A stretch of DNA of 64,000 nt from an uncultured delta proteobacterium (GCA_963771175.1 CAVYSY010000032.1:416001-480000), one strand, 5' to 3'; shown: positions 1 to 13,231, counted from the stretch's first letter. The notes: generated from the sequence alone by a model not told the origin. Made by a program: numbers and translations.

Positions 1-2477
1 TCGATCTGGTGGAGGAGACGGGCGCGCGCGTCACCCTCGGAGAGGTGCGGGCGCTGACGGCCTTCATCACCACCAGCATCGCCGAGGGCGTGGCCGAGTA
101 CACCCGCCAGCGCGACGCGGCCTGGCGACTGAACGAGGAGCGGCTCCGGATCCTGCTGGACCAGACCCCCGCCGCCATCTACGCCAAGGACGCCGAGGGC
201 CGCTACCTCTTCAGCAACCACCACCTGCAGGAGCTCATGGGGCGCCCGCGCGAGGAAATCCTCGGCCGGGACGACCATGCCCTCTTCCCCTCGGAGCTGG
301 CCGACACCCTGCGGGCCAACGACGCGCAGGTGCTGGTCGGCCGCCCCCGCGCGTTCGAGGAGGTGGTGCACCTGCCCTCGGGCCCGCGCACGTACCTGTC
401 GGTGAAGTTCCCCCTGCCGGGAGCCGAGGGTTTTCCCGCGGCGCTCGGGGGCATCTCCATGGACATCACCGAGCACAAGCAGGCCGAGGCCGAGCGCACC
501 CGGCTGCTGCGCGAGAGCGAGGAGCGCTTCCGCTTGCTGGTGGAGACCGTGGAGGACTACGCCATCTACATGCTCGACCCGGAGGGCCGGGTCGTCAGTT
601 GGAACATGGGCGCCGAGCGCATCAAGGGCTACCAGGCCGAGGAGGTCCTCGGCCGGCCCTTCTCCCTCTTCTACACGCCCGAGGACGTGGCGACGGGGGT
701 GCCCGAGCGGTTCCTCAAGGCCGCGGCCACCCGGGGACACTGCCGCGCCGAGGGGCTGCGCGTGCGCAAGGACGGCCAGCGCTTCTGGGCGGACGCCGTC
801 GTCACCGCCCTGCGCGACGAGCACGGCGTGCTGCGCGGATTCTCCGACGTCACCCGCGACATCTCCAAGCGCAAGCGCGCCGAGCAGACCCTGCTCGAGA
901 CGACCCAGCGGCTGCAGGCCATCTTGGAGACGGCGGTGGACAGCATCATCACCATCGACGAGCGGGGCCTCATCCAGGGCGTCAACCCAGCCACGGTGCG
1001 CGTCTTCGGCTACACCTCCGAGGAGCTCCTCGGCCGCAACGTCAGCATCCTCATGCCCGAGCCCTACCGCGGCGAGCACGATGGCTACATGGCCAACTAC
1101 CTGCGTACCGGCGTGCGCAAGATCATCGGCATCGGGCGCGAGGTGCAGGGGCGGCGCAAGGACGGGAGCGTCTTCCCGATGGAGCTCTCCGTCAGCGAGA
1201 CGCTCCTGCCCCAGGGGCGGCTCTTCACGGGCATCGTGCGCGACATCTCCGTGCGCAAGCGCGCCGAGCAGACGCAGGCCCTCTTCCTCGAGGCGGGGAC
1301 GCTGCTGTCCCAGTCGCTCGACGTGCCCACCACCTTGAAGAAGCTCGCCTCGATCGCGGTGACGCACCTGTGCGACTACTGCATCGTGGACCTGCTGGGG
1401 GAGGACGGGCAGTTGCACCGGCAGGCGTTGGCGGACCGCGACCCGGCACGGGAAGAGCTCATCCTCCGGGCCATGCCCTACCCTCCTCGGATGGAAAGCC
1501 AGAGCCCCCTCATCCTCGCCCTGCGGCGCGGGGAGGCCGTGGCCGCGGAGATCACCCCGGAGTGGCTGGATGCCGCCGCTCTCGACGCGGAGCACCGGGC
1601 CCTGTTGGAGCAGCTCTCCCCGAAGTCCGCGGTCATCGTTCCCCTGGTGGCCCGGGGCCAGAAGCTCGGCATCATCAACCTCGTCTGGACGCGCTCCCGC
1701 TCCACCTCGGTGGCGGCGGACCTGGAGGTGGCCAGGGGACTGGCCGACCGCGCCGCCGTGGCCATCGACAACGCACTCCTCTATCAGCAGGCGCAGGAGG
1801 CCATCCGGGTGCGCGAGGACGTGGTGGCCATCGTCAGCCACGACCTGCGCAACCCCCTCAACGCCATCACCCTGTCGGCCACCACCCTGCTGCGGCACGA
1901 GGATGTGGACGAGCGCACCACGAAGGCCGCCGGCCGCATCCACGCGGCGGCGGAGCGGGCCAGCGGGATGATCAGCGACCTGCTCGACTTCACCCAGGCG
2001 CGCATGGGAGGCATCCCCATCCACCCCAACCCCCTGGACTTCCACGAGCACGTGCAGCGCGTGGTGGACGAGGTGCGGCTCGCCTGGCCCGAGCGGCGCA
2101 TTGGCGTCCAGGCCAGCGGCGACGGGCGGGGCACCTGGGACGAGGGCCGGCTGGCCCAGGTCATCACCAACCTGGTGGGCAACGCCCTCCAGCACAGCCC
2201 CGAGGACACGCCCGTCCACGTCACCACCCGGGGCGAGGGCGAGAGCGTCCTCCTCGAGGTCCACAACGAGGGCGCCCCCATCCCCACCGAGCTGCTGCCG
2301 GTCCTCTTCGAGCCCTACCGACAGGGGCCGGAGGCCGGGGCGAGCCGGGGCAGCCTGGGCCTGGGCCTCTTCATCACCCGGCAGATCGTCCTCGGCCACG
2401 GCGGCACGCTCGACGTGCGCTCCTCGGCCGAGGAGGGCACCACCTTCACGGTGCGGCTGCCCCGTCACCGGGACTGA
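1..2477 (+). CDS. PAS-PAS-PAS-GAF sensor histidine kinase, 5' end probably outside the window
   Basis: The frame is open from the window start. It has three PAS/PAC repeats, a GAF region (ADRAAVAIDNA), H-box SHDLRNPL, N-box NLVGNA and G-box GLGLFI. Confidence 0.93.
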   Translation, partial: DLVEETGARVTLGEVRALTAFITTSIAEGVAEYTRQRDAAWRLNEERLRILLDQTPAAIYAKDAEGRYLFSNHHLQELMGRPREEILGRDDHALFPSELADTLRANDAQVLVGRPRAFEEVVHLPSGPRTYLSVKFPLPGAEGFPAALGGISMDITEHKQAEAERTRLLRESEERFRLLVETVEDYAIYMLDPEGRVVSWNMGAERIKGYQAEEVLGRPFSLFYTPEDVATGVPERFLKAAATRGHCRAEGLRVRKDGQRFWADAVVTALRDEHGVLRGFSDVTRDISKRKRAEQTLLETTQRLQAILETAVDSIITIDERGLIQGVNPATVRVFGYTSEELLGRNVSILMPEPYRGEHDGYMANYLRTGVRKIIGIGREVQGRRKDGSVFPMELSVSETLLPQGRLFTGIVRDISVRKRAEQTQALFLEAGTLLSQSLDVPTTLKKLASIAVTHLCDYCIVDLLGEDGQLHRQALADRDPAREELILRAMPYPPRMESQSPLILALRRGEAVAAEITPEWLDAAALDAEHRALLEQLSPKSAVIVPLVARGQKLGIINLVWTRSRSTSVAADLEVARGLADRAAVAIDNALLYQQAQEAIRVREDVVAIVSHDLRNPLNAITLSATTLLRHEDVDERTTKAAGRIHAAAERASGMISDLLDFTQARMGGIPIHPNPLDFHEHVQRVVDEVRLAWPERRIGVQASGDGRGTWDEGRLAQVITNLVGNALQHSPEDTPVHVTTRGEGESVLLEVHNEGAPIPTELLPVLFEPYRQGPEAGASRGSLGLGLFITRQIVLGHGGTLDVRSSAEEGTTFTVRLPRHRD

Positions 2478-2481
2478 CGCG

Positions 2482-4074
2482 CTAGCGACGCCGGTAGACG
2501 TGCAGCGGCGCGGAGAAACCGTCCTGCTCCTCGTACACCACGCCATCGAGCGTCAGCGTGCGGCCCTCCAGCTTCACGCCGGCGTCCTTCTCCAGCGAGC
2601 CACCGTCGAAGCGCACGAGGTACTCCGGCGAGGCCTCGCGCAGGTGCTTGCGGAAGGTCTCCCAGCGAACACGGGCGAGCCGCTCATCCGGCAGCCCGGA
2701 GAAGAAGGCGAGCTGCAGGTCCAGGTAGTTCGGATCCTGGTCGAGCACGGCCGCGCCCCCCTTGGCCGCCACCTCGTCCTTGAGGAAGCGAGCCACCTGC
2801 ATCAGCGGCACCGGGTTGGTGGAGGTGGGGCTCACCGGCCGAAGGCTGTCGTGCAGGCCGCCGTCGGCGCGGAAGGTGTAGAGGCCCAGGGCCAAGGGCA
2901 CGGCCACAGCCAGCACCGCGCACAGCCCGGCCACGGCCTTGCGCGCCCCGGCGCCGCGCTGGCCCATGGTCGCCTCGAAGCCCGGCACCACGAAGGGCAG
3001 CAGCAGCGCCACCTCCGTCACCGTGAAGCGCCCCAGGGGCTGGAAGTTCAGCAGCACCGCGGCCCGGAAGGTGAAGTACGCGGCGGGCACCACGGATACG
3101 AGCACCAGCCAGCGCACGTCCGGCCGCTCGCGCCACATCCGCTTCATGCCCACCATGCCCAGCAGGGCCACGCCCGGCGACAGCGTCAGCAGCGCCACCC
3201 CCGGCCAGAAGCCGAGGCTCTGCAGCCGGTAGCCCAGCGCGCCCATCCGGGCGATGCCGTCCCTCACCCAGACCGCGTGGAACTGCTCCACGTCGCGAAT
3301 GGGGAAGAAGGGGTCTCCATGCGCCAGCTCGTTGCCCTGCATCCACAACAGCGGGAAGGGCAGGCACAGCAGGCCGAAGCCCACCGCGCGGGTGATGGCG
3401 GCGATCCGATCCTCGCCCCAGAAGAGCAGCGCCACGGGGATCAGCGGCATGAAGAGCCATGCGTCATAGCGTGTGGCGCACGCCAGGTTGAGCACCGCCG
3501 CCGCCCCGAAGATGGGCCCCAGGCGGTTCTCGTCCAGTCCCTCCGCGATGAGCGCGAACACCCACAGCATGAGGAAGAGCGAGAGCGCCTCACTGGCCGC
3601 CGTCGTGGACATCTGCACGTGCATGCCCCAGACGGAGAAGGCCAGCGCGGACCACACCCCGGCGCGCCAGTCGAAGAGGCGCCGGGTGAGCGAGAAGAGC
3701 GGCACCACCGCCAGCACTCCGAAGAGCAGGCTCACCAGCCGGCCCGCGAGCGCCTTGTCCTCCACCACCTTCAGCGCGGCTCCCACCAGGTACAGATGGA
3801 GGGGCCCGAACTGGTAGGCGCCGTCTCCATAGGAGGTGATGAGGTGCGGCGCATTTGCCCAGCGCTCGGCCAGATCCGTGCGCGCCACCGCGTCGCCGTA
3901 GAAGTTCTCGTTGAAGGGCATCAACAGCAGGCGCGGCAGCAGCACCGCGGCGAGCAGCAGGCCCAGCAGCAACCGGGAGCTCGGCTCCGAGGCCACATCG
4001 GGCACTGCGGAGAGGACAGGGGTGGCGCCGGAGGGGCGCGAGGGAGCGGAGGGGGAGGTCGAAGCGGACGACAT
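2482..4074 (-). CDS. GT-C fold membrane glycosyltransferase (ArnT/PMT, GT39/83-like)
   Basis: 530 aa with many TM segments, an acidic first loop (ENFYGDA), a GPLHLYL...GRLVSLLFG pattern and a C-terminal soluble domain. Confidence 0.75.
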   Translation of the reverse strand: MSSASTSPSAPSRPSGATPVLSAVPDVASEPSSRLLLGLLLAAVLLPRLLLMPFNENFYGDAVARTDLAERWANAPHLITSYGDGAYQFGPLHLYLVGAALKVVEDKALAGRLVSLLFGVLAVVPLFSLTRRLFDWRAGVWSALAFSVWGMHVQMSTTAASEALSLFLMLWVFALIAEGLDENRLGPIFGAAAVLNLACATRYDAWLFMPLIPVALLFWGEDRIAAITRAVGFGLLCLPFPLLWMQGNELAHGDPFFPIRDVEQFHAVWVRDGIARMGALGYRLQSLGFWPGVALLTLSPGVALLGMVGMKRMWRERPDVRWLVLVSVVPAAYFTFRAAVLLNFQPLGRFTVTEVALLLPFVVPGFEATMGQRGAGARKAVAGLCAVLAVAVPLALGLYTFRADGGLHDSLRPVSPTSTNPVPLMQVARFLKDEVAAKGGAAVLDQDPNYLDLQLAFFSGLPDERLARVRWETFRKHLREASPEYLVRFDGGSLEKDAGVKLEGRTLTLDGVVYEEQDGFSAPLHVYRRR

Positions 4075-4231
4075 GAGGGCGCGCAGAATACGCAGGCCCG
4101 GCCCAAAGCCAAGGGAGCAACCAGCGAAAGGGGGTCCTTCCCTACCCCCGGATTACCTGCCTGTTGGGCAATCATGTTAGTTTGAGCCCCGCCCGTCCGA
4201 CGGGTCATCCGAAAAGGGGGAATCACCACAC

Positions 4232-5125
4232 ATGCTGTCCTCTCGCACTCTGCGTCATGTCGTCCTGGCGCTCGCGACCACCCTCGTGGTGGGTTGCGCG
4301 CCGACCCTGAAGGTCAACGTCCTGCAGCCCGCCCGCGTGAACCTGGGCTCCGCCAAGCGTCTGACCGTGGTCCAGACCGAGGGCCGTAAAGGCGCTCGCG
4401 ACTTCGTCATCGACGAGATGACCCGCCAGGCCCGCGGCCAGGGCTACTTCCAGGTGACGGACCGCTCCGACGAAGGCATCGTCGTGAAGGTGGCCGGTCG
4501 CTCGGTGCAGGTCGTCAACGCCGGCAGCGGCCCCGCCCAGACCGCGGATGAGATCGGCGTGCGCATCGACATCAACGACTGGGACGCCGAGAAGAAGACC
4601 GAGACCGTCAAGGGCACCGACAGCAAGGGCAACCCCACCGAGCGTGAGGAGAAGTTCTACGAGGCCAAGACGGTGGTGAGCGTCACGGCCTTCACCTCGG
4701 CGGGCAAGGCGGTGCTGGCCGAGGAGGAGTACGAGACGGTGGCCCGTGGCGAGGACAAGGACCAGGCCATCGGCAACGCGGCCCGCGCGCTGGTGAGCCG
4801 GATCTTCTTCGACATCACGCCCAAGTACGTGACGAAGCACATCCGCATGGATGACGACGACAAGGCGCAGAAGCCCATCATCGAGGTGGCCGAGAAGGGC
4901 AACGTGCCGCGCGCCATCACCGAGATGGAGGGCTACGTGCAGAACAACCCGCAGAACGCCGCGGCGCTCTACAACCTCGCGGTGCTGCTGGACGCCTCGG
5001 GCAAGTACCAGGAGGCCCTGGACCTGTACACCAAGGCCATCTCCCTGTCCTCCAAGGACTTCTACGTGCAGATGAAGGGCGAGTGCGCCCGCCGCCTCGC
5101 CGACCAGCAGGCGCTGGAGCAGTAA
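4232..5125 (+). CDS. lipoprotein with C-terminal TPR
   Basis: RBS AAGGGGG, signal peptide with lipobox VVGC, TPR AAALYNLAVLLDASGKYQEALDLYTKAI, strong codon bias. Confidence 0.8.
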   Translation: MLSSRTLRHVVLALATTLVVGCAPTLKVNVLQPARVNLGSAKRLTVVQTEGRKGARDFVIDEMTRQARGQGYFQVTDRSDEGIVVKVAGRSVQVVNAGSGPAQTADEIGVRIDINDWDAEKKTETVKGTDSKGNPTEREEKFYEAKTVVSVTAFTSAGKAVLAEEEYETVARGEDKDQAIGNAARALVSRIFFDITPKYVTKHIRMDDDDKAQKPIIEVAEKGNVPRAITEMEGYVQNNPQNAAALYNLAVLLDASGKYQEALDLYTKAISLSSKDFYVQMKGECARRLADQQALEQ

Positions 5126-5150
5126 TCCACCGCCGAGCCGGGTTCCACCC

Positions 5151-5199
5151 ACCGGGCCGTCATCGGGACACTGTCTCCCGGTGGCGGCCCGGTTGTTTT
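5151..5199 (+). terminator. intrinsic terminator
   Basis: 18-bp stem 5151-5168/5176-5193 (two G:U pairs) followed by TGTTTT, 25 nt after the lipoprotein stop. Confidence 0.75.
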
Positions 5200-5300
5200 A
5201 CGTGCAGGCAACCCTCCGCTCGCGCCAGCCGCCCAGGTTTCTTCGGCACCCGGTGGACTCGCGCATTCACCCCGGCGCGGCTTTCGGGTGAGATGGAGGG

Positions 5301-6075
5301 ATGCCCGCCGCGCCGGAGGTCGAGGTCGTCGCCCTGGAGAAGACATACCCGCGGCCCTTGTGGGCGTGGGCGCGCCTGAGGGGCCGGAAGGAGACCTCCC
5401 GACAGGCCCTGCGCGGCATCTCGTTCGAGGTGCGGGCCGGAGAGGTGGTGGCCCTCATCGGCCCCAATGGCGCGGGCAAGAGCACCCTGTTGCGCATCCT
5501 CTCCGGGCTGCTGCTGCCGAGCGCCGGCCTGGCGCGGGTGGCCTCGCGCGACGTGGTGCGCGAGCGCCCCGAGTGCCGCCGCGAGGTGGGCGCCGCGCTC
5601 GCCGATGACCGGGGCCTCTCGCCCCGACTCACCGCGCGCCAGAACCTGCGCTTCTACGCCGCGCTCTACGGCGTCCCCCCGCGCGAGGTGGACGCGAGAA
5701 TCCACGAACTGGCCGGAGCGATGGAGGCCCGGCGCCTGCTGGACAGGGAGGTGCGCACCTGCTCCACCGGGGAGAAGGCGCGGGTGGTGATGATGCGCGC
5801 CCTGCTCCACCAACCACGGGTGCTGCTGCTGGACGAGGTGACGCGCTCGCTGGACCCGGGGGCCGCACGCCGCCTGCGCACGCGCCTGCTGTCGGACGTG
5901 GCCGCTCGGGGGACGGCCGTGCTCTTCGCCAGCCACGACCTGGCCGAGGTGGAGGCCGTGGCCCACCGCGTGTTGCTGCTGGACGCGGGCCGCCTCGCCG
6001 CCTCCGGCTCCTTCGCCGAGGTGCGGCCGCGCCGCCGAGTCCGTCTTCGCCGCCGTCCCGCGGGAGGAGACGTGA
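5301..6075 (+). CDS. ABC transporter ATP-binding protein (one +1 frameshift near 6030)
   Basis: Walker A GPNGAGKST, Walker B VLLLDE and H-loop ASHD. The +1 frame gives AAESVFAAVPREET-stop at 6073-6075, overlapping the next ATG (TGATG). Confidence 0.85.
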
Positions 6076-6872
6076 TGCGCCTGCTGCTCGCCTTCCTGCG
6101 CCGCGACCTGCAGATAGCGACGGCCTACCGGCTCAACGCCCTGCTGCTCGTCTCCGGGGGCCTCTTCACCCTCACCCTCTTCTACTTCCTTGCCCGCACG
6201 GTGGGCGAGGCCCCGCTGGTACGGGAGCGCTACGGGGCGGACTACTTCTCCTTCGCGCTGGTGGGCCTGGCCACCGCGGCGCTGCTGCGCGCCCTGCAGA
6301 CGGGCTTCGGGGGCGCGGTGCGCGCGGCCCAGAACGATGGCTCCCTCGAGCCGCTGCTGGGCGCGCCCCTGTCCACCGTCCACGTCATCACCCTCATGGG
6401 AGCCTGGCCGGTGGCCAACGCCCTGCTGCGAGCGGTCGGCCTGCTCGCCCTGGGAGCACTCCTCTTCGGTGCCCGGCTGCAGCTCCACCTGGCGGCCTTC
6501 ACCTTCACCCTGCTCCTGAGCGCCCTCACCTTCTGCGCGCTCGGCCTGCTGTCGGCCGCCTTCGTGCTCGTCTTCAAACGCGGCGACCCCTTCACCTACG
6601 CCCTGGACGCGCTCAGCTACCTCTTCGCGGGTGTCCTCTACCCGACAGACGTCCTGCCCCCTCTGCTGCGGGCCGCGGCACGCTTCCTGCCCGCCACGCA
6701 CGCCCTCCAGGGCCTGCGGGACACCGCGCTCCGGGGCGCGGGGCCCGCGCAACTGTTGCCCACCTGGCTCTCGCTGCTGGGCTTCTGTCTGGTGCTCTGG
6801 CCATTGGCCGCGCTCGCCCTGTCCGCGGCGCGCCGACATGTAGAGCAGGCGGGGACGCTGCCCCACAGTTGA
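6075..6872 (+). CDS. ABC-2 type transporter permease
   Basis: GGAGG at 6063-6067 and ATG at 6075. Six TM segments with ABC-2 motifs GSLEPLLGAP and GVLYPTDVLPPLLR...LPATHA. Confidence 0.85.
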   Translation: MRLLLAFLRRDLQIATAYRLNALLLVSGGLFTLTLFYFLARTVGEAPLVRERYGADYFSFALVGLATAALLRALQTGFGGAVRAAQNDGSLEPLLGAPLSTVHVITLMGAWPVANALLRAVGLLALGALLFGARLQLHLAAFTFTLLLSALTFCALGLLSAAFVLVFKRGDPFTYALDALSYLFAGVLYPTDVLPPLLRAAARFLPATHALQGLRDTALRGAGPAQLLPTWLSLLGFCLVLWPLAALALSAARRHVEQAGTLPHS

Positions 6873-6955
6873 CCGTCCCAGCTCCGCTCCCCCGCGTACT
6901 GTCGTTCACTGATGACCGACCGGGGCCCCCCCCTGCCCCCGCGCGGGCGCACCCT

Positions 6956-6961
6956 TATAAT
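6956..6961 (+). promoter_or_regulatory. putative -10 box for the prkA operon
   Basis: Perfect TATAAT in 70% GC intergenic DNA; no clear -35. Confidence 0.35.
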
Positions 6962-7203
6962 GGAAGATGCCTTTTCACCCCGTGGAGGCGGGACCCGCCG
7001 CACCGGCGACGAGCCCCTCCGACACGAGCTGGCCACGCGGTCCCACCCCGCGGCGGGGTCCCGAAAAGGGCAGGTCGGGCGTTCGTGTCGTGATTGGGAC
7101 CCGTCATGGGTGGGATTGGAATGACCGATTACCCCCCCAGGTTCACTTTTTGGCCCTCTAAAGGCGCGGAAATCCCGCGCTCCGGGTGGCCCGAGGGAGA
7201 GAC

Positions 7204-9270
<2,067 letters not shown>

Positions 9271-9288
9271 CACCCAAGGGGGCTGATC

Positions 9289-10398
9289 GTGTCGCTGCGG
9301 ATCCACCAAGACCACTCACGCTTCAAACAGATCGTCCGCGGGAAGATCAAAGCCAACCTGCGCAAGTACGTGCAGAAGGGGGAGATGGTCGGGAAGAAGG
9401 GGAAGGACTCCATCTCCATCCCCATCCCGTTCATCGACATTCCCCACTTCAAGTACGGCCACAAGGAGCAGGGGGGCGTTGGGCAGGGAGATGGCGAGGT
9501 GGGTCAGCAGCTCTCCCCGGGCTCCGTCCAGCCCGGGGACGGGCATCAGGCCGGCCAGGGAGAGGGTGACCACGCCATGGAGGTCGACGTCACCCTCGAT
9601 GAGCTGGCTCAGATTCTCGGGGAGGAGCTGCAGCTCCCCCACATCGAGCGCCGGCACAACGAGAAGATCGTCACCCAGAAGATCAAGTACACCGGGGTCA
9701 ACACCACCGGCCCCGAGTCGCTGCGCCACTTCAAGCGCACCTACAAACAGGCGCTCAAGCGGCAGATCGCGATGGGCACGTATGACCCGAACCGGCCCAT
9801 CATCGTCCCCACCCGCGAGGACCGGCGCTACCGCAGCTACAAGCTGCAGGATCTGCCGGAGACCAACGCCGTCATCATCTACATGATGGACGTGTCCGGC
9901 TCGATGGGTGACGAGCAGAAGGAGATCGTCCGCATCGAGAGCTTCTGGCTCGATACGTGGCTGCGCCACCAGTACAAGGGCCTGGAGTCGCGCTACATCA
10001 TCCACGATGCCGTGGCGCGCGAGGTGGACCGGGATACCTTCTTCCACACCCGCGAGTCCGGCGGCACGATGATCTCCAGCGCCTACAAGCTGTGCCGGGA
10101 CATCATCAAGGCGGACTACCCGAAGAGCGCGTGGAACATCTACCCGTTCCACTTCTCGGACGGGGACAACTGGAGCGCGGATGACACGCGCCAGTGCATC
10201 GAGATGCTTCGCGAGGACATCCTTCCGGGCGTCAACCAGTTCGCCTACGGCCAGGTGGAGAGCCCCTATGGCAGCGGCCAGTTCATCAAGGATCTGCGCG
10301 AGGCCATCGGGGATGCCAACAATGTCGCCTTGAGCGAGATCGCGGACAAGGACGCCATCTACGCCTCCATCAAGGATTTCCTCGGCAAGGGCCGCTAA
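9289..10398 (+). CDS. yeaH: YeaH/YhbH family (DUF444) vWA-like protein
   Basis: [23 protein letters not shown] and FHFSDGDNW; lies between prkA and spoVR. Confidence 0.93.
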   Translation: MSLRIHQDHSRFKQIVRGKIKANLRKYVQKGEMVGKKGKDSISIPIPFIDIPHFKYGHKEQGGVGQGDGEVGQQLSPGSVQPGDGHQAGQGEGDHAMEVDVTLDELAQILGEELQLPHIERRHNEKIVTQKIKYTGVNTTGPESLRHFKRTYKQALKRQIAMGTYDPNRPIIVPTREDRRYRSYKLQDLPETNAVIIYMMDVSGSMGDEQKEIVRIESFWLDTWLRHQYKGLESRYIIHDAVAREVDRDTFFHTRESGGTMISSAYKLCRDIIKADYPKSAWNIYPFHFSDGDNWSADDTRQCIEMLREDILPGVNQFAYGQVESPYGSGQFIKDLREAIGDANNVALSEIADKDAIYASIKDFLGKGR

Positions 10399-10424
10399 GC
10401 GGTCCACGCCCCCCGGAGCTCGCG

Positions 10425-11918
10425 ATGCCCAAGAGTCTCACCCCGAGCCTGTCGAAGCTGAAGGAGGAGATCGAAGGCTATGCCCGCCAGTTCGGTCTCG
10501 ACTTCTTCGAGACCATCTTCGAGGTCGTCAGCTACGACGAGCTGAACATGGTGGCCTCCTACGGAGGATTCCCCACGCGCTATCCGCACTGGCGCTGGGG
10601 CATGGAGTACGAGCAGCTCTCCAAGGGGTACGAGTACGGGCTCTCGAAAATCTACGAGCTCGTCATCAACAACGACCCCTGCTACGCCTACCTGCAGGAG
10701 AGCAACTCGGACGTGGATCAGAAGCTCGTGATGGCGCACGTGTACGGCCACTGCGACTTCTTCAAGAACAACTTCTCCTTCCGCCACACCAACCGCCGGA
10801 TGATCGACGACATGGCGAACCACGCCACGCGCGTGCGCCGGTGGATCGACAAGATTGGCGTGGAGAAGGTGGAGGACTTCATCGACCGGACGCTGTCGCT
10901 GGAGAACCTCATCGACCAGCACGCTCCGCACATCCGCCGCAACCCGGACCCCAAGCGGGCCGAGGACGAGATGAAGTCCAACGAGCGGGTGGAGGGCTTC
11001 AAGGTGGACCGCGAGTACATGCGCGGCTTCATCAACCCCTCCGAGTTCCTCGACAGCCAGCGCCAGAAGGTGGAGGACGAGAAGCAGCGGGCCAAGAGGT
11101 TCCCCGAGCGCCCCCAGCGCGACGTGCTGCTCTTCCTCCTGGAGCACGCCCCGCTCGAGCCGTGGGAGTCGGACGTCCTCTCCATCATCCGCGACGAGGC
11201 CTACTACTTCGCGCCCCAGGGCCAGACCAAGATCATGAACGAGGGGTGGGCCAGCTACTGGCACTCCACCATCATGACCCGGCGCGCGCTCAAGGATGAG
11301 GAGATCATCGACTACGCGGACCGGCACTCGGGCACCATGGGGACCCGGCCCGGCGCGCTCAACCCGTACAAGCTCGGCATCGAGCTGTGGCGGGACATCG
11401 AGGATCGCTGGAACAAGGGCCGCTTCGGCAAGGAGTGGGACGAGTGCGACGACCTGCGCGCGCGCCGCTCCTGGGACAAGAAGCTGAACGCGGGCCGCGA
11501 GAAGATCTTCGAGGTGCGCAAGCACTACAACGACATCACCTTCATCGACACGTTCCTCACCCCCGAGTTCGCCATCGAGCAGAAGCTGTTCGTCTACGGC
11601 TTCAACGAGAAGCGCAACTCGTGGGAGATCCTCGACCGTGAGTTCCGGAAGGTGAAGAACAAGCTGCTGCAGGGACTCACCAACTTCGGCCAGCCCATCA
11701 TCGAGGTGGTGGACGGCAACCACGAGAACCGGGGCGAGCTGCTGCTGGCGCACAAGCACGACGGGCAGGACCTGAAGGGGGACTACGCCCGCGAGACGCT
11801 GCGCAACCTGCAGTCCCTGTGGCGCCGGCCCACGAGCATCATCACCCGCTACGACAACAAGGGCATGATGCTGCGCTTCGACGGGCAGAACCACACGGAG
11901 AAGAAGATCGAGCTCTGA
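10425..11918 (+). CDS. spoVR: SpoVR/YcgB family protein
   Basis: [50 protein letters not shown] and NPYKLG. Confidence 0.95.
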   Translation: MPKSLTPSLSKLKEEIEGYARQFGLDFFETIFEVVSYDELNMVASYGGFPTRYPHWRWGMEYEQLSKGYEYGLSKIYELVINNDPCYAYLQESNSDVDQKLVMAHVYGHCDFFKNNFSFRHTNRRMIDDMANHATRVRRWIDKIGVEKVEDFIDRTLSLENLIDQHAPHIRRNPDPKRAEDEMKSNERVEGFKVDREYMRGFINPSEFLDSQRQKVEDEKQRAKRFPERPQRDVLLFLLEHAPLEPWESDVLSIIRDEAYYFAPQGQTKIMNEGWASYWHSTIMTRRALKDEEIIDYADRHSGTMGTRPGALNPYKLGIELWRDIEDRWNKGRFGKEWDECDDLRARRSWDKKLNAGREKIFEVRKHYNDITFIDTFLTPEFAIEQKLFVYGFNEKRNSWEILDREFRKVKNKLLQGLTNFGQPIIEVVDGNHENRGELLLAHKHDGQDLKGDYARETLRNLQSLWRRPTSIITRYDNKGMMLRFDGQNHTEKKIEL

Positions 11919-11952
11919 GCGGGCCCTGATTTCCGCCTGCTGGCAAAACCAC

Positions 11953-11973
11953 GGCTCCCCTGCACGGGGAGCC
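11953..11973 (+). terminator. hairpin after spoVR
   Basis: GGCTCCCC-N5-GGGGAGCC; no U-tract. Confidence 0.35.
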
Positions 11974-12064
11974 CAGCCAGCCAGGCGAGCGCCCGCTGAC
12001 AGGTGGGAATCTTCTGCCGGAAGTTAGGCACAGGCCTGTAGCTCCATTACACTGCGCGGGCTCC

Positions 12065-13231
12065 ATGAGACTCGCCGCTACCGTCCTGTGCCTGGGCGTG
12101 CTGTTCGCCGCGTCCTTCGCCGAAGCCTCCTCCTACTCCGTCAAGAATCGCCGCATCGAGCCGAACCAGCCGCTCGCGGTGGCCTTGCAGGACGCGGGGC
12201 TGCCCCCGGAGCAGGTGGGGGCGCTCATCTCCGCGCTCGAGGGCGTGTTCGACTTCCGCAAGTCGCGGGTGGGAGACCAGTTCCGCCTCGTCATCCGCGG
12301 GGGCGAGCTGGACTTCTTCGACTACCGGCAGAGCACGGTGGACGAGTGGCAGGTGCGCCGCGACGGCGACAAGTTCGTCGGCAGCAAGCGCTCCATCGAG
12401 GTGGAGAAGCAGGTCGCCCTGGTGTCGCTGGAGATCAACAACTCGCTCTACGAGGCGGCGCTGGCCGCGGGCGAGGACCCCGTCATCGGCATGGTGCTGG
12501 CGGACGTGTTCGCCTGGGACATCGACTTCTACCGGGACGTGCGCAAGGGAGACCGGGCGCGGGCGCTGGTGGAGAAGTTCGTCTCCAAGGGCCGCATCCT
12601 CCGCTACGGCGAGGTGCTGGCGGCCACGTACGAGGGCGAGTCGGTGGGCAACAAGCGCGTCTTCCGCTACGAGCTGCCGGACGGGCGGGCGAGCTTCTTC
12701 CAGGAGGACGGCGCGAGCGCGCGCAAGGCCTTCCTGAAGAGCCCGCTGAAGTACGCGCACGTCACCAGCCGCTTCGGCAGCCGCGTGCACCCGGTGCTCA
12801 AGTACGTGAAGGCGCACAACGGCGTGGACTACGCGGCCGCCATCGGCACCCCGGTGTGGTCCGTGGCCGACGGCACCGTCACCGTGGCCCACAACACCGG
12901 GGCCGGCGGCAACACCGTCTGCGTGCGGCACGCCAACGCCTTCGAGACGTGCTACCTCCACCTGTCGAAGTACGGCTCCGGCGTGCGCGTGGGCGCCCGG
13001 GTGAGCCAGAAGCAGGTCATCGCCTACTCGGGCAACACGGGCCGCAGCACCGGCCCCCACCTGCACTACGCCCTCAAGCGCAACGGCGGCCACGTCAATC
13101 CGCTCAACCAGAATTTCCCGCGCACGGAGCCGCTGCCCAAGAGCCTCCTGGCCGACTTCCGCGCCAAGGTTTCCCCTCTGGCCCAGCAGCTCGACGCCGT
13201 CTCCGTGGCCGCCGTGGCCGCCCAGAAGTAG
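12065..13231 (+). CDS. M23 family peptidoglycan DD-metalloendopeptidase (MepM/Csd3-like)
   Basis: Signal peptide, HNGVD (HxxxD) and STGPHLHY (HxH) zinc motifs, FAWDIDF Csd3-type N-domain. Confidence 0.93.
   Translation: MRLAATVLCLGVLFAASFAEASSYSVKNRRIEPNQPLAVALQDAGLPPEQVGALISALEGVFDFRKSRVGDQFRLVIRGGELDFFDYRQSTVDEWQVRRDGDKFVGSKRSIEVEKQVALVSLEINNSLYEAALAAGEDPVIGMVLADVFAWDIDFYRDVRKGDRARALVEKFVSKGRILRYGEVLAATYEGESVGNKRVFRYELPDGRASFFQEDGASARKAFLKSPLKYAHVTSRFGSRVHPVLKYVKAHNGVDYAAAIGTPVWSVADGTVTVAHNTGAGGNTVCVRHANAFETCYLHLSKYGSGVRVGARVSQKQVIAYSGNTGRSTGPHLHYALKRNGGHVNPLNQNFPRTEPLPKSLLADFRAKVSPLAQQLDAVSVAAVAAQK

Noticed and set aside
5301..6872. Apparent 523-aa ATPase-permease fusion
   Set aside because: A +1 insertion near 6030 bypasses a TGA that overlaps the permease ATG, which has its own GGAGG. 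These are two genes.
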